In this document: positions 1 to 8,819 of the stretch, piece after piece | Layout of the letters: each line of letters starts with the position of its first letter | How positions within the stretch are numbered: position 1 is the first letter of the stretch | NCBI GenBank assembly: GCA_902469055.1 | Contig: CABRBC010000009.1 | Coordinates: forward strand, 16,655-80,654 | DNA from: an uncultured Collinsella sp. | GTDB lineage: Bacteria; Actinomycetota; Coriobacteriia; Coriobacteriales; Coriobacteriaceae | Reading direction: 5' to 3' | Length of the DNA: 64,000 bases | Notes under the pieces: model-generated | What the model was told of the DNA's origin: nothing | Seen by the model: only the letters and a program-made list of their open reading frames with translations | Databases searched by the model: none | Program-made: the position numbers and the translations under genes

Positions 1-1271
1 ACGCGCCCGTAAACGACGGCGGCAACTCCACGTTCGAGATACCCGTCACGCTCGACGAGGACATCGCCGTGTCGGCCGAGACCGTCGCCATGTCGACGCC
101 GCACACCATCGACTACACGCTCCACTTCGACTCATCCACCATGAAGGAGAAATCGGGCGACGATGCAAGCGGCGGCTCCCCTGCGGGAACGGCTTCAAGC
201 GCCGCGGCCGACTTCCACAACGCTGATTTGGGCTGCGGCTGGGAGCCGACGGGGGCGCTTCAGCTTGAATACGCCAAGCACTTCACTGTCGACGAGTTCG
301 AAGGCGGCTTGCGGCTTATCTGCGTTTCGAACGGGGAGCGCTTCCTCGTGGTGCCGCAAGATGCGAAGGTACCTGACGGGTTGAGCTCCGACATCGCGGT
401 CATAAGACGCCCCGCCGACAAGGTGTACCTCGTGTCGTCGGCGACGATGTGTCTGGTCGACGCGCTCGATGCGAACGACAATATCTTAATGTCGGGCACG
501 AAGGCCGACGATTGCTCGGTCGCGGGCTTCAAAAGCGCGCTCGAAAGTGGGGCGATCGCCTACGGCGGCAAGTACAGCGCGCCCGACTACGAGCGAATAT
601 CGGCCTCGGGCTGCACGCTCGCCATCGAGAACACCATGATCAACCACACGCCCGATGTGAAGGAAAAGCTGCAGAAGCTCGGGCTCGTCGTGCTCACCGA
701 ACAGTCGTCGAGCGAGCCCGAAGCACTCGGACGCGTCGAGTGGATTAAGCTTTTCGGCGTCCTGTTCGACAAGGAAGAGGAGGCCGCGCACCTGTTCAAC
801 GAGCAGAAGGCCCGCGTCGAGCAAACGTCGGGGCTCGCGTCGTCAGGTAAAACCGTGGCGTATTTCTACATTAACTCGAACGGGGCCGCCGTCACGCGGC
901 GGAGGGGCGACTACGTGGCGCAGATGATCGAGCTCGCAGGCGGCAGCTACGCGCTCGATGACGCACAGACGGCGTCGACGTCAGGTTCGTCAGTAACGCT
1001 CGAAATGGAGCGCTTCTATGCGACGGCGAAGGATGCCGACATCATCGTCTACAACGGCACCATCGACGAATCGGTTGCCACCTTGAGCGACTTCGTAAGC
1101 AAAAACGCGCTATTGTCGCAGTTCAAAGCCGTGAAGAACGGCAACGTCTGGGTCACAAGCGCCGACATGTACCAGCAGATGACTTCTACCGCCGACATTA
1201 TCGACGAACTGCACGGGGCGTTCACCGGCGATGATGCGAGCGACTTCCATTATCTGAGGAAGCTCGGCTAG
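1..1271 (+). CDS. ABC transporter substrate-binding protein, iron-siderophore/cobalamin (FecB/BtuF-like) family. The 5' end is probably outside the window.
   Basis: ORF 69..1271 (GTG at 69) stays open in frame back to nt 3, and no signal peptide is visible, so the N-terminus is likely missing. Translation has type III periplasmic-binding-protein character (DKVYLVSSATMCLVDAL..., C-terminal helical lobe). It is followed immediately by FecCD permease and ATPase genes. Confidence 0.7.
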   Translation, partial: APVNDGGNSTFEIPVTLDEDIAVSAETVAMSTPHTIDYTLHFDSSTMKEKSGDDASGGSPAGTASSAAADFHNADLGCGWEPTGALQLEYAKHFTVDEFEGGLRLICVSNGERFLVVPQDAKVPDGLSSDIAVIRRPADKVYLVSSATMCLVDALDANDNILMSGTKADDCSVAGFKSALESGAIAYGGKYSAPDYERISASGCTLAIENTMINHTPDVKEKLQKLGLVVLTEQSSSEPEALGRVEWIKLFGVLFDKEEEAAHLFNEQKARVEQTSGLASSGKTVAYFYINSNGAAVTRRRGDYVAQMIELAGGSYALDDAQTASTSGSSVTLEMERFYATAKDADIIVYNGTIDESVATLSDFVSKNALLSQFKAVKNGNVWVTSADMYQQMTSTADIIDELHGAFTGDDASDFHYLRKLG

Positions 1272-1275
1272 CACC

Positions 1276-2316
1276 ATGAGAAGCCGGCTTTCCATGGCAT
1301 ACGACGAATCGGGACGCGCCGCGCGGTGTCGCGTCGTGACGGCGCTACTCGCTGTTGCCCTCATCGTGCTCGTCGGGGCCAACCTGTGCATCGGGAGTGT
1401 GCTCGTGCCCGCAGACCACATCCCCGGCATCCTTTCGGGCGGCGCGGCCAATTCCATGGAAAGCCAGATCATCTGGGAGATTCGCCTGCCGCGCGTGCTT
1501 TCAGCCGTGCTTCTCGGCGGGGCACTTTCGCTCTCCGGATTCCTGCTGCAGACGTTTTTCAACAACCCCATCGCCGACCCGTTCATCTTGGGCGTCTCCT
1601 CGGGCGCAAAGTTCGTCGTCGCGCTTACGATGATCGTACTTCTGGGCGCGAACCAGGCCATGTCCTCGCCGGCCATGGTGGCCGCAGCGTTTCTGGGCTC
1701 GCTTATCACCATCGGCTTCGTGCTCCTCATCGCACGGCGCATAAGTTCCATGGCCATGCTGATCGTGGCGGGCGTCATGGTAGGATACATCTGCTCGGCG
1801 GCGACGAACTTCCTCATCGCCTTCGCCGACGACCAGTCCATCGTGAACCTGCACAACTGGTCTTTGGGTAGTTTCTCCGGTTCGAGCTGGGACGACGTCG
1901 CGGTCATCGCGGTCGTGGTGATCGCCATGAGCGCATGCGTATTCGCGATATCGAAGCCCCTTTCCGCCTTCCAGCTGGGAGAAGCCTACGCGAAAAGCGT
2001 CGGCGTGAACGTCGCACACTTCCGCGTGGTGCTCGTCCTTCTAGCGAGCATGCTCTCCGCCTGCGTGACCGCGTTCGCTGGTCCGGTGTCGTTCGTAGGC
2101 ATCGCGGTTCCGCATCTCGTGAAGTCGGCTCTGAGGTCGTCGAAGCCCATCCGCGTGATTCCCGCGTGCTTCTTAGGAGGCGCCATCTTCTGCGCGGGCT
2201 GCGATTTGATCGCGCGCACGCTGTTCTCCCCCGTCGAGCTTTCCATCAGCGCCGTCACCGCCATCTTCGGCGCGCCGGTGGTTATCGCGCTCATGTTGAA
2301 GAAGCGGGTGAGGTAG
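1276..2316 (+). CDS. ABC transporter permease, FecCD/BtuC family
   Basis: 346 aa, multi-TM, typical FecCD motifs (ILLGGALSLSGFLLQ..., PVSFVGIAVPHL). Starts 5 nt after the substrate-binding-protein stop. Confidence 0.85.
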   Translation: MRSRLSMAYDESGRAARCRVVTALLAVALIVLVGANLCIGSVLVPADHIPGILSGGAANSMESQIIWEIRLPRVLSAVLLGGALSLSGFLLQTFFNNPIADPFILGVSSGAKFVVALTMIVLLGANQAMSSPAMVAAAFLGSLITIGFVLLIARRISSMAMLIVAGVMVGYICSAATNFLIAFADDQSIVNLHNWSLGSFSGSSWDDVAVIAVVVIAMSACVFAISKPLSAFQLGEAYAKSVGVNVAHFRVVLVLLASMLSACVTAFAGPVSFVGIAVPHLVKSALRSSKPIRVIPACFLGGAIFCAGCDLIARTLFSPVELSISAVTAIFGAPVVIALMLKKRVR

Positions 2317-3537
2317 ATGGGGAAATTTGTGCCGCGGCCCAAAACGCTCCGAGCGGAGTCGAACCTCGAAACCCCGGTCGAAACGCAGGCTGACGGAGCG
2401 CCGCTTTTCCGCATAAGCGACCTGTCGGCGGGCTACGACAAGAAGGTCGTAGTCGAAGGCGTCGATCTGGAGGTTCGCGCGGGCGACGTCGTGGCACTCA
2501 TCGGGCCGAACGGCTCGGGCAAGTCGACCATCTTGAAAACCATCACACGCCATCTGGCACCGCTTGCCGGCGCGGTCGAGCTCGACGGGCGGGAGATTTC
2601 CCGATGGAAGACGGCGGAGTTCGCAAGGAGCCTTGCCGTTATGCTGACAGATCGCCCCCGGACCGAGCTCCTCACCTGCCGCGATATCGTAGAGGCGGGA
2701 AGGCATCCCTACACCGGGCGAATGGGCACACTCTCGCCCGACGACCATAGTCGGGTCGACGAGGCCATGAAAACCGCACATGTGGAAGAGCTCGCCGAGC
2801 GCGACTTCATGCAGATAAGCGACGGGCAACGCCAGCGCGTCATGCTCGCACGCGCCATCGCGCAGGATCCGCGTGTGCTCGTGCTCGATGAGCCCACGTC
2901 GTATCTCGATATCCGCTACCAGATCGACCTGCTGCGAATACTTCGCCACCTTGCGAAATCGCGGAATGTTGCTGTCATCATGTCCATCCACGAACTCGAG
3001 CTCGCGCAGAAAAGCGCCGACAAGGTGATTTGCGTGAAGGACGGCCGGGTCTTCCGCGCCGGCGCACCCGAGGACATATTCACGCGCGAGACGATTGGCG
3101 AGCTCTACGGCCTTAAACATGGCACCTTCAACGAGCGCTTCGGCAGCGTGGAAATTGGGCGCCCACACGGCGATGCGCACACGTTCGTCATCGCTGGCGC
3201 AGGTACGGGGTCGGCTGTGTTTCGCCAGCTCATCCGACAGGGCAAGGCGTTCTACGCGGGCGTTCTGCACGAAGGGGACATCGACTGCGAGCTCGCGCGC
3301 GACCTGGCGACGGAATGCGTGGCCGAGCGCGCCTTCGAGCCGATCGGGGATAAAACCATAGCCCGCGCCAAAGAGCTCCTCGTCCACTGCGCGCGCCTTA
3401 TCGTGTGCCCCGCCGCCTTCGGCACCATAAACGCCCGCAACGCAGAGCTCGTCGAGTTTGCACGCTCGCATGGTATCGAGGTCATGCGAGCGTGCGAAGG
3501 CGCATCGGAGGATTCCCATTTGGAGTGGGAAGAATAA
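2317..3537 (+). CDS. ABC transporter ATP-binding protein (FecE/BtuD-like) with an extra C-terminal domain of about 140 aa and unknown function
   Basis: Walker A GPNGSGKST, signature ISDGQRQRV, Walker B VLVLDEPTSYLD. The start overlaps the permease stop. The canonical ATPase ends near ...ELYGL at about aa 265. It is followed by an extension containing a Gly-rich IAGAGTGS motif. Confidence 0.85.
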   Translation: MGKFVPRPKTLRAESNLETPVETQADGAPLFRISDLSAGYDKKVVVEGVDLEVRAGDVVALIGPNGSGKSTILKTITRHLAPLAGAVELDGREISRWKTAEFARSLAVMLTDRPRTELLTCRDIVEAGRHPYTGRMGTLSPDDHSRVDEAMKTAHVEELAERDFMQISDGQRQRVMLARAIAQDPRVLVLDEPTSYLDIRYQIDLLRILRHLAKSRNVAVIMSIHELELAQKSADKVICVKDGRVFRAGAPEDIFTRETIGELYGLKHGTFNERFGSVEIGRPHGDAHTFVIAGAGTGSAVFRQLIRQGKAFYAGVLHEGDIDCELARDLATECVAERAFEPIGDKTIARAKELLVHCARLIVCPAAFGTINARNAELVEFARSHGIEVMRACEGASEDSHLEWEE

Positions 3538-3649
3538 ACTGGACTTTCTTTTAAGGATCCTCAGGCTACAGCTCCTACGCCGGCGAGGTCTACAAGGCAC
3601 CGGAGAACCTCGTGAACAGGAATTTCCACGCCGACGAGCCCAACTAGGC

Positions 3650-4288
3650 CTAATCCAAGCGAGATTCCAGACTCGACAGACCATTGAGAGTCAGATCGTT
3701 GGCGACCTCAGAGACGCGCTCGATGGGAACCGAACCGTCAGACAGCGCCCACGTGCGATAGATACCGATAATACCCGACAGCAAAAACGCCAGATAGTAG
3801 TCGAACATCTCGTCCTTGAGACCTTGAGGCAGCAGATCGCGCTCGGCAATCTCGTGCTCGAGCGGCGCACGAAGACGAGCCATGAAATCATCGAGCGGAA
3901 TATTCTCGATCAGCTGACGATTGAGCACTAAGTTGTTGCACAGTGCCTCATTAACGGTTTTAAAGAAGGTCGCCGCCGCGCCAAGAGCGCGCTCGCTGGT
4001 GTCACCGTCCATAGAAGCAAGCGTTTTCTCGACCGAGTCGACAATCATCTCCACCACATCGACGGCAATGGCATCGAGCAGGCCGTCAACCGTACCAAAG
4101 TGAACGTAAAAGGTCTTGCGGTCGACATTGGCCTCGCGCGCGATGGCACTCACCGTAATGTCTGCCAGCGGCTTTTCCATGAGCAGGCGCTCGAAAGCCG
4201 AAAGGATGGCATTACGGCTGCGAATGATGCGACGATCAAGACGCGGTTTGCTGGTTGCCATGGGCGTGTCCCTTCGATATGCAAGCAT
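3650..4288 (-). CDS. TetR/AcrR family transcriptional regulator
   Basis: N-terminal helix-turn-helix (ILSAFERLLMEKPLADITVSAIAREANVDRKTFYVHF), about 200 aa, helical C-terminal domain. Confidence 0.8.
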   Translation of the reverse strand: MLAYRRDTPMATSKPRLDRRIIRSRNAILSAFERLLMEKPLADITVSAIAREANVDRKTFYVHFGTVDGLLDAIAVDVVEMIVDSVEKTLASMDGDTSERALGAAATFFKTVNEALCNNLVLNRQLIENIPLDDFMARLRAPLEHEIAERDLLPQGLKDEMFDYYLAFLLSGIIGIYRTWALSDGSVPIERVSEVANDLTLNGLSSLESRLD

Positions 4289-4377
4289 TCATCAACAGAT
4301 GAGAGATAATCTACGTAAGAGGATTATCCCCCATACAGCACAAATATGCCCTGCATCATGAAGAACGCACGACTGCC

Positions 4378-5751
4378 CTACTGCGACTTGGGATGCTTCT
4401 TCTTATTGAGTGCCGACGGAGATACGCGAATACCATCGCCTGTCTGGCGCACATAGGCTTTATGAGCCGGCTTAGCGGTCCCAGAAGCCTTCTGAGCGCG
4501 CTTCTTGGGATCAACGGTAACAGCATTCGTGGGGTGCGGCATAGTGGGCGCAGAGGGCGTCTGAGGCGTGCGGCCGAGCTTGCGCATCACACGATCCCAG
4601 CGCGCATGGATGCTCTCGTTGTGGGCGCTCTTAAGTCCCAGCAGGGGCGCAGCCAAAATGGTCGGCGCAATAAACGTAATGAGGCGCCACAGCAGATAGC
4701 CGGCGGTCGAAGCCGACCCAAAGAAATGACCCAAGAACAATGCAAAGCCGCCCTCAGCGCCACCAGTTCCACCGGGCAGGGGGACCGCAGAGCTCAGCAG
4801 CTGGACAAAGGCGCTCGCGGCCATGACCGAGAAAAAGTCGACCTCGTGGTGGCCAAAGGCAAGCATCAGGAAATACGGCACGAGGTAGAAAAACGCGAGT
4901 TGCAGCATGGTGATGACCACCGTGAGCAGCATGGAAGAAAAATGTCCGGCCGAAAGCTTGAACTTCTCGGAGAAGGAGTAGATCTCGCCATCGACAAACG
5001 TGCGCCATCCCTCGATCTTAGTGGCCGAGACACCAATGCGCTCAAGCCAATTGATGATGCAATGGGCGACGCGCGTGACGGTCTTAGGCATGAGCGCGAC
5101 GGCGAAGATGCCCAGCAAGATGCAGCAGTGTCCACCAAAGCTAAAGACGCACAGCAGCGTCATGTCGCCATAGCGCTCGGCAAAAAACGGCATGCGAGCA
5201 AGCAGTAGGATAGCGCCCCAGGCAACGAGGCCAAACTGGTACACGATAAAACGCGTGAATTGCGTGGCGCCGGCCTCGCCCACGTTTTGGCCGGCCTTGG
5301 TCAGGCGATAGATTTGAGCCGGGGTGGAGCCCATCATCATGGGCGTCAGGTTACCAAAGAAGATGCCACTCGCCTCGACCGAGATCAGGTCGCGGATGCC
5401 GACGGGCGAATTGGGATCGAGCCAGACGGCGATCGCATAGGCCACAATGCCAAAGAACAGGTACATGAACATGCAAAGACACGCGACAACGAGCCATGAC
5501 GCCTGGACGCTCGACATAGCGGCCCAGAACTGCCCCATCTGCCCGGTTACCACCAGATAGACGATATAACCTACCAGCACGACGCCGATAAAGATGGCGC
5601 CGCGGCGTGCGCTCTTATTGTCATCTCCGCCCGAGGCCTCAACCTCGACCTGGGGCTTAGACGTATGCTGAGAGGACTCCGTCATGAGACTCCTTCTAAC
5701 AGTCAAAATATCTTGGATATTGTACCCGTAAGGGCCATAGGCAGAACGCAA
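4378..5751 (-). CDS. Integral membrane protein, UPF0104/lysylphosphatidylglycerol-synthase-TM-like (flippase-like) family, with a Pro/Lys-rich C-terminal tail
   Basis: 457 aa with many predicted TM helices, a GGTGGAEGGF motif and a basic low-complexity C-terminus. Family assignment is by resemblance only. Confidence 0.55.
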   Translation of the reverse strand: MRSAYGPYGYNIQDILTVRRSLMTESSQHTSKPQVEVEASGGDDNKSARRGAIFIGVVLVGYIVYLVVTGQMGQFWAAMSSVQASWLVVACLCMFMYLFFGIVAYAIAVWLDPNSPVGIRDLISVEASGIFFGNLTPMMMGSTPAQIYRLTKAGQNVGEAGATQFTRFIVYQFGLVAWGAILLLARMPFFAERYGDMTLLCVFSFGGHCCILLGIFAVALMPKTVTRVAHCIINWLERIGVSATKIEGWRTFVDGEIYSFSEKFKLSAGHFSSMLLTVVITMLQLAFFYLVPYFLMLAFGHHEVDFFSVMAASAFVQLLSSAVPLPGGTGGAEGGFALFLGHFFGSASTAGYLLWRLITFIAPTILAAPLLGLKSAHNESIHARWDRVMRKLGRTPQTPSAPTMPHPTNAVTVDPKKRAQKASGTAKPAHKAYVRQTGDGIRVSPSALNKKKHPKSQ

Positions 5752-5804
5752 AGCTCTGGTTCAAACGGGAATTGCAGACGGTTGTTTGAAAATAAAAAAA
5801 CCCG

Positions 5805-5836
5805 GCCTTCCATAGGAAGTCCGGGTATCAGATGCG
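5805..5836 (-). terminator. Rho-independent terminator downstream of the tRNA-Glu tandem
   Basis: Minus-strand reading: cccggacttcctatggaaggccggg hairpin followed by TTTTTTTATTTTC. Confidence 0.55.
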
Positions 5837-5913
5837 TGGTAGCCCGTACCAGATTCGAACTGGTGATCTCCGCCTTGAGAGGGCGGCGTCCTAAACCGCT
5901 AGACGAACGGGCC
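5837..5913 (-). tRNA. tRNA-Glu (anticodon CUC), copy 1
   Basis: Reverse complement is GGCCCGTTCGTCTAGCGGTTTAGGACGCCGCCCTCTCAAGGCGGAGATCACCAGTTCGAATCTGGTACGGGCTACCA. It has a 7 bp acceptor stem, the Glu-type GTCTAGCGGTT D arm, anticodon loop CUCUCAA, a GTTCGAATC T-loop and an encoded CCA. Confidence 0.85.
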
Positions 5914-5935
5914 ATAAGCCTCAGCAGAAAAGAAG

Positions 5936-6012
5936 TGGTAGCCCGTACCAGATTCGAACTGGTGATCTCCGCCTTGAGAGGGCGGCGTCCTAAACCGCTA
6001 GACGAACGGGCC
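5936..6012 (-). tRNA. tRNA-Glu (anticodon CUC), copy 2, identical to copy 1
   Basis: Exact duplicate of the 77 nt tRNA, 99 bp downstream in direct orientation. Confidence 0.85.
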
Positions 6013-6139
6013 ACATGACATCTGCACTGCCGTGCTGCGAGGAAATATATTACGGGACAAAAAACGTCAGCGCAAGAAGAAATTCCAAATTGCCGAAAAA
6101 TTGTCGGCAGGTTATGGAATACGCAGGTAAACTTGGTAG

Positions 6140-7534
6140 CTAATTCAAGTTGAGATGAACCAAAAGAGCTTCGCGCTCGTTGGGAATATCGTCTTCGATC
6201 ACGGCGTCGAGGGCGGAGTTGAGAAGCTGCCCCAGTTCCGGCCCGGGCTTGACTCCAGCACGGATCAAGTCGCCGCCGTTGATGGCGAGCATCTTGAGCG
6301 TATAGGGCTCCCCCGCCCTCAGCAGCTCGTGCGCCATCGCGCGCATCTCCTCAATCGTCTCAACGTAATAGAAGCACGACGGGGCCTTGCCAAGTGTGTC
6401 GGCACGCTTAAGGTCCATGAGCTCGTCAATCAGGCGGGCCGTGTCGACGCCCTCACCCGAAAGCGCGCGCATCATATTGAGCAGACAGGAGCGCTCGGGG
6501 CGCAGCGGCTTGTCATGGTATTTGATGAGCAGGCACACGTCGCGCACCAAGTCGTGCGAGAGCGCCAGGCGATCCATAATGACGCGCGCCTTCTTGGCGC
6601 CGAGCTCGGGATGACCGTAGAAGTGTCCGCTACCGGCATGGTCGACCGTGAAGCACTCGGGCTTGGACACATCGTGCAAAAACGCCGCCCACATAAGGCT
6701 CGACGAGAGCGCGACGCCGTCACACAGCGCGAGCTCCCCCGCCACCGTCAGCACACGGGCGATATGCACGTAGACGTTAAAAGCATGATAGACACTGCGC
6801 TGATCAAACCCGCGACCCGCTGCCAACTCGGGCACAGCGGCACAGATGAGCTCGGGATAGCGAAGCATCGCGTCTCCCCCATGACCGGTCGAAAGAATGC
6901 CCTCGAGCTCAATACCCACACGCTCACGCGCCACGGCATTGAGCAGCGGCGCGCACTCGGCAAGCGCACGCTTGGTCTCGGGCTCAATCATAAAGTCCAG
7001 ACGGCAGGCAAAGCGCACCGCACGCAGCATGCGCAGGGCGTCCTCGTTAAAGCGACGCTTGGGATCGCCGACAGCGCGAATCAGCTTGCGCTCCAAGTCA
7101 CCCTGGCCGTCGTAGCGGTCGACAAGCCCGCGCTCGGGATGCCAGGCCATGGCATTGACGGTAAAGTCGCGGCGCGCCAGATCGTCCTCGAGCGAGGCAG
7201 CACGCTCCACACTCTGGGGATGACGACCATCGGTGTAAAAGCCATCCAGACGGTACGTGGTGACCTCGATACGCTCGCCATCGGAAATAGCCGTGATTCC
7301 GCCAAATTTAATGCCCGACTCCACAACCGCGATGCCGGCGGCCTCGAGCGCCGCTTTGGACTCCTGCCACAGGCCGCTACAGCACATATCAACATCGTGG
7401 CTGGGGTACCCCATCAGGGCGTCGCGCACCCAACCGCCCACGTACCAAGCCTCAAGACCAGCCGCCTCAAGCGCGCGCAGGACGCGCAGGGACGCATCGG
7501 ACGGTTGAGTACCGTTGAGCGAAACATTGCACAT
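6140..7534 (-). CDS. cca: CCA tRNA nucleotidyltransferase (poly(A) polymerase head domain plus HD domain)
   Basis: GGWVRDALMG and DVDM nucleotidyltransferase motifs. The C-terminal HD domain has FLHDVSKP and HFYGH. Confidence 0.8.
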   Translation of the reverse strand: MCNVSLNGTQPSDASLRVLRALEAAGLEAWYVGGWVRDALMGYPSHDVDMCCSGLWQESKAALEAAGIAVVESGIKFGGITAISDGERIEVTTYRLDGFYTDGRHPQSVERAASLEDDLARRDFTVNAMAWHPERGLVDRYDGQGDLERKLIRAVGDPKRRFNEDALRMLRAVRFACRLDFMIEPETKRALAECAPLLNAVARERVGIELEGILSTGHGGDAMLRYPELICAAVPELAAGRGFDQRSVYHAFNVYVHIARVLTVAGELALCDGVALSSSLMWAAFLHDVSKPECFTVDHAGSGHFYGHPELGAKKARVIMDRLALSHDLVRDVCLLIKYHDKPLRPERSCLLNMMRALSGEGVDTARLIDELMDLKRADTLGKAPSCFYYVETIEEMRAMAHELLRAGEPYTLKMLAINGGDLIRAGVKPGPELGQLLNSALDAVIEDDIPNEREALLVHLNLN

Positions 7535-7629
7535 GCCTATGGCCTCCTGCGACTATCAAATTGGCTATCGATTGCGTCTGCAAGAAGTCTAGCAAGAAAC
7601 AGCCTCCACTGCACACGCAAGTCCGATAA

Positions 7630-7664
7630 ACAAAAACGCATCCGTCCTAGTCTAAGACGGATGC
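7630..7664 (-). terminator. Rho-independent terminator after the PfkB-family kinase gene
   Basis: Minus-strand reading: gcatccgtcttagactaggacggatgc hairpin then TTTTTGTTTAT. Confidence 0.5.
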
Positions 7665-7698
7665 GAAATAATCAAACTATTCAGACAAGGTGCCGGAA

Positions 7699-8631
7699 CT
7701 AGCAGACCTGGCGAACCTCGATGTGCTTCTTATATTCGTCCACCTTGGCAAAATCACCCAGACCGGGGCACTCGACCACGTTGGCGCCAGTGGCCATCGA
7801 AAGGCGCAGGGCGTCCTCGACGCGCTCGGGGGCGTCGTGCCACACGGACAGGAAGGCAGCGAGCGAGGAATCGCCGGCGCACACAGTCGACAGCAGCTTG
7901 ACGTCGAAGGTGCGGTTGGCAAACCAGATATGCTCGCCGTTGGAGAAGTACGCACCGGCGCCACCAAGGGTCAGCAGCACGTTCTTGGCGCCCTTGGCGT
8001 GCAGCTCGGCCATAGCGCCCTTGACGGACTCGTCGTCGCCACCGCTCACCTTGATGCCAAAGATGTCAAGCAGCTCGTCGTCATTGGGCTTGATCAGCAG
8101 TGGCTCCAGAGCAATGAGGTCTGCCAGCTGATGGCTCGAGATGTCGAGGACGAACTCGGCCCCCTTGGCCTTGACACGGCGCAGGACCTCGGCCAAGAAG
8201 CCCTCGGAAGTGTTGGGAGGCAGCGAGCCGCTGATGACCAGGCAGGTCATGTCATCGAGCGAATCGATAAGTTCAAACATCTCCTGCTCGTTGGCCTCAT
8301 TGATGGCGGCACCGGCATTGACCATGTTGTACTCGGTGTCGGGACCGGCGTTGAGGAACACATTGACGCGCGTAATACCGTCGGTCCACACGGGCTTGAC
8401 GGGCACGCCCAGGGCCTCGGCGCCCTTAACGATAAACTCACCCGAGAAGCCGGCGAAGAAACCCAGGATCGTGGTGTCGACACCATAGTGGTCAAGCGTA
8501 AACGAGACGTTGAGGCCCTTGCCGTTGGGCGTGTAGACGGCATTGCGGGTACGCGTGACGGTATTGGCAGTAAGGCCGTCGCAGGCGATGTTGTAGTCAA
8601 TGGCGGGATTTGCAGTGAGCGTGTAAATCAT
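7699..8631 (-). CDS. PfkB-family sugar-phosphate kinase (1-phosphofructokinase / tagatose-6-P kinase / PfkB paralogue)
   Basis: MIYTLTANPAIDYN... N-terminus and GG/NxxE-type PfkB motifs. RBS AAAGGA lies 6 nt upstream of the ATG at 8631 (the ORF track starts 5 codons earlier). Separated from the upstream paralogue by a terminator. Confidence 0.8.
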   Translation of the reverse strand: MIYTLTANPAIDYNIACDGLTANTVTRTRNAVYTPNGKGLNVSFTLDHYGVDTTILGFFAGFSGEFIVKGAEALGVPVKPVWTDGITRVNVFLNAGPDTEYNMVNAGAAINEANEQEMFELIDSLDDMTCLVISGSLPPNTSEGFLAEVLRRVKAKGAEFVLDISSHQLADLIALEPLLIKPNDDELLDIFGIKVSGGDDESVKGAMAELHAKGAKNVLLTLGGAGAYFSNGEHIWFANRTFDVKLLSTVCAGDSSLAAFLSVWHDAPERVEDALRLSMATGANVVECPGLGDFAKVDEYKKHIEVRQVC

Positions 8632-8762
8632 GAATGTTCCTTTCACGAAGCAACGTGTTAATGAAAGTATATTCCACGCATCGGTAAAAGGCTAGGACAA
8701 CTCGGCGAACGGTGTGGAAGCGATGAAGTACGGCGGGACCCCTCTCCCCCGCGGCGGAACAA

Positions 8763-8792
8763 AAAGGCGCCCCAGCCGAAACCGGGGCGCCA
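8763..8792 (-). terminator. Rho-independent terminator downstream of fruK
   Basis: Minus-strand reading: ggcgccccggtttcggctggggcgcc hairpin followed by TTTTTGTT. Confidence 0.5.
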
Positions 8793-8819
8793 CATGCGAA
8801 CGAATATGTCGCGTTTCGA

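Noticed and set aside
2173-3684. 503 aa minus-strand ORF
   Set aside because: Antisense shadow ORF of the ABC ATPase gene.
5837-6012. Direct repeat that could be mistaken for a CRISPR-like array
   Set aside because: Only two units, and each unit is a complete tRNA-Glu gene. No cas genes in the window.
6021-6139. Hairpin ttgccg-N9-cggcaa as a terminator for cca
   Set aside because: Weak stem with an A/T-rich loop and no clear U-tract. It may simply be part of the tRNA-Glu promoter region.
6155-7702. 515 aa plus-strand ORF
   Set aside because: Lies antisense to the well-supported cca gene. Its composition is Arg/Ala/Gly-rich with no motifs, which is the typical high-GC shadow ORF.
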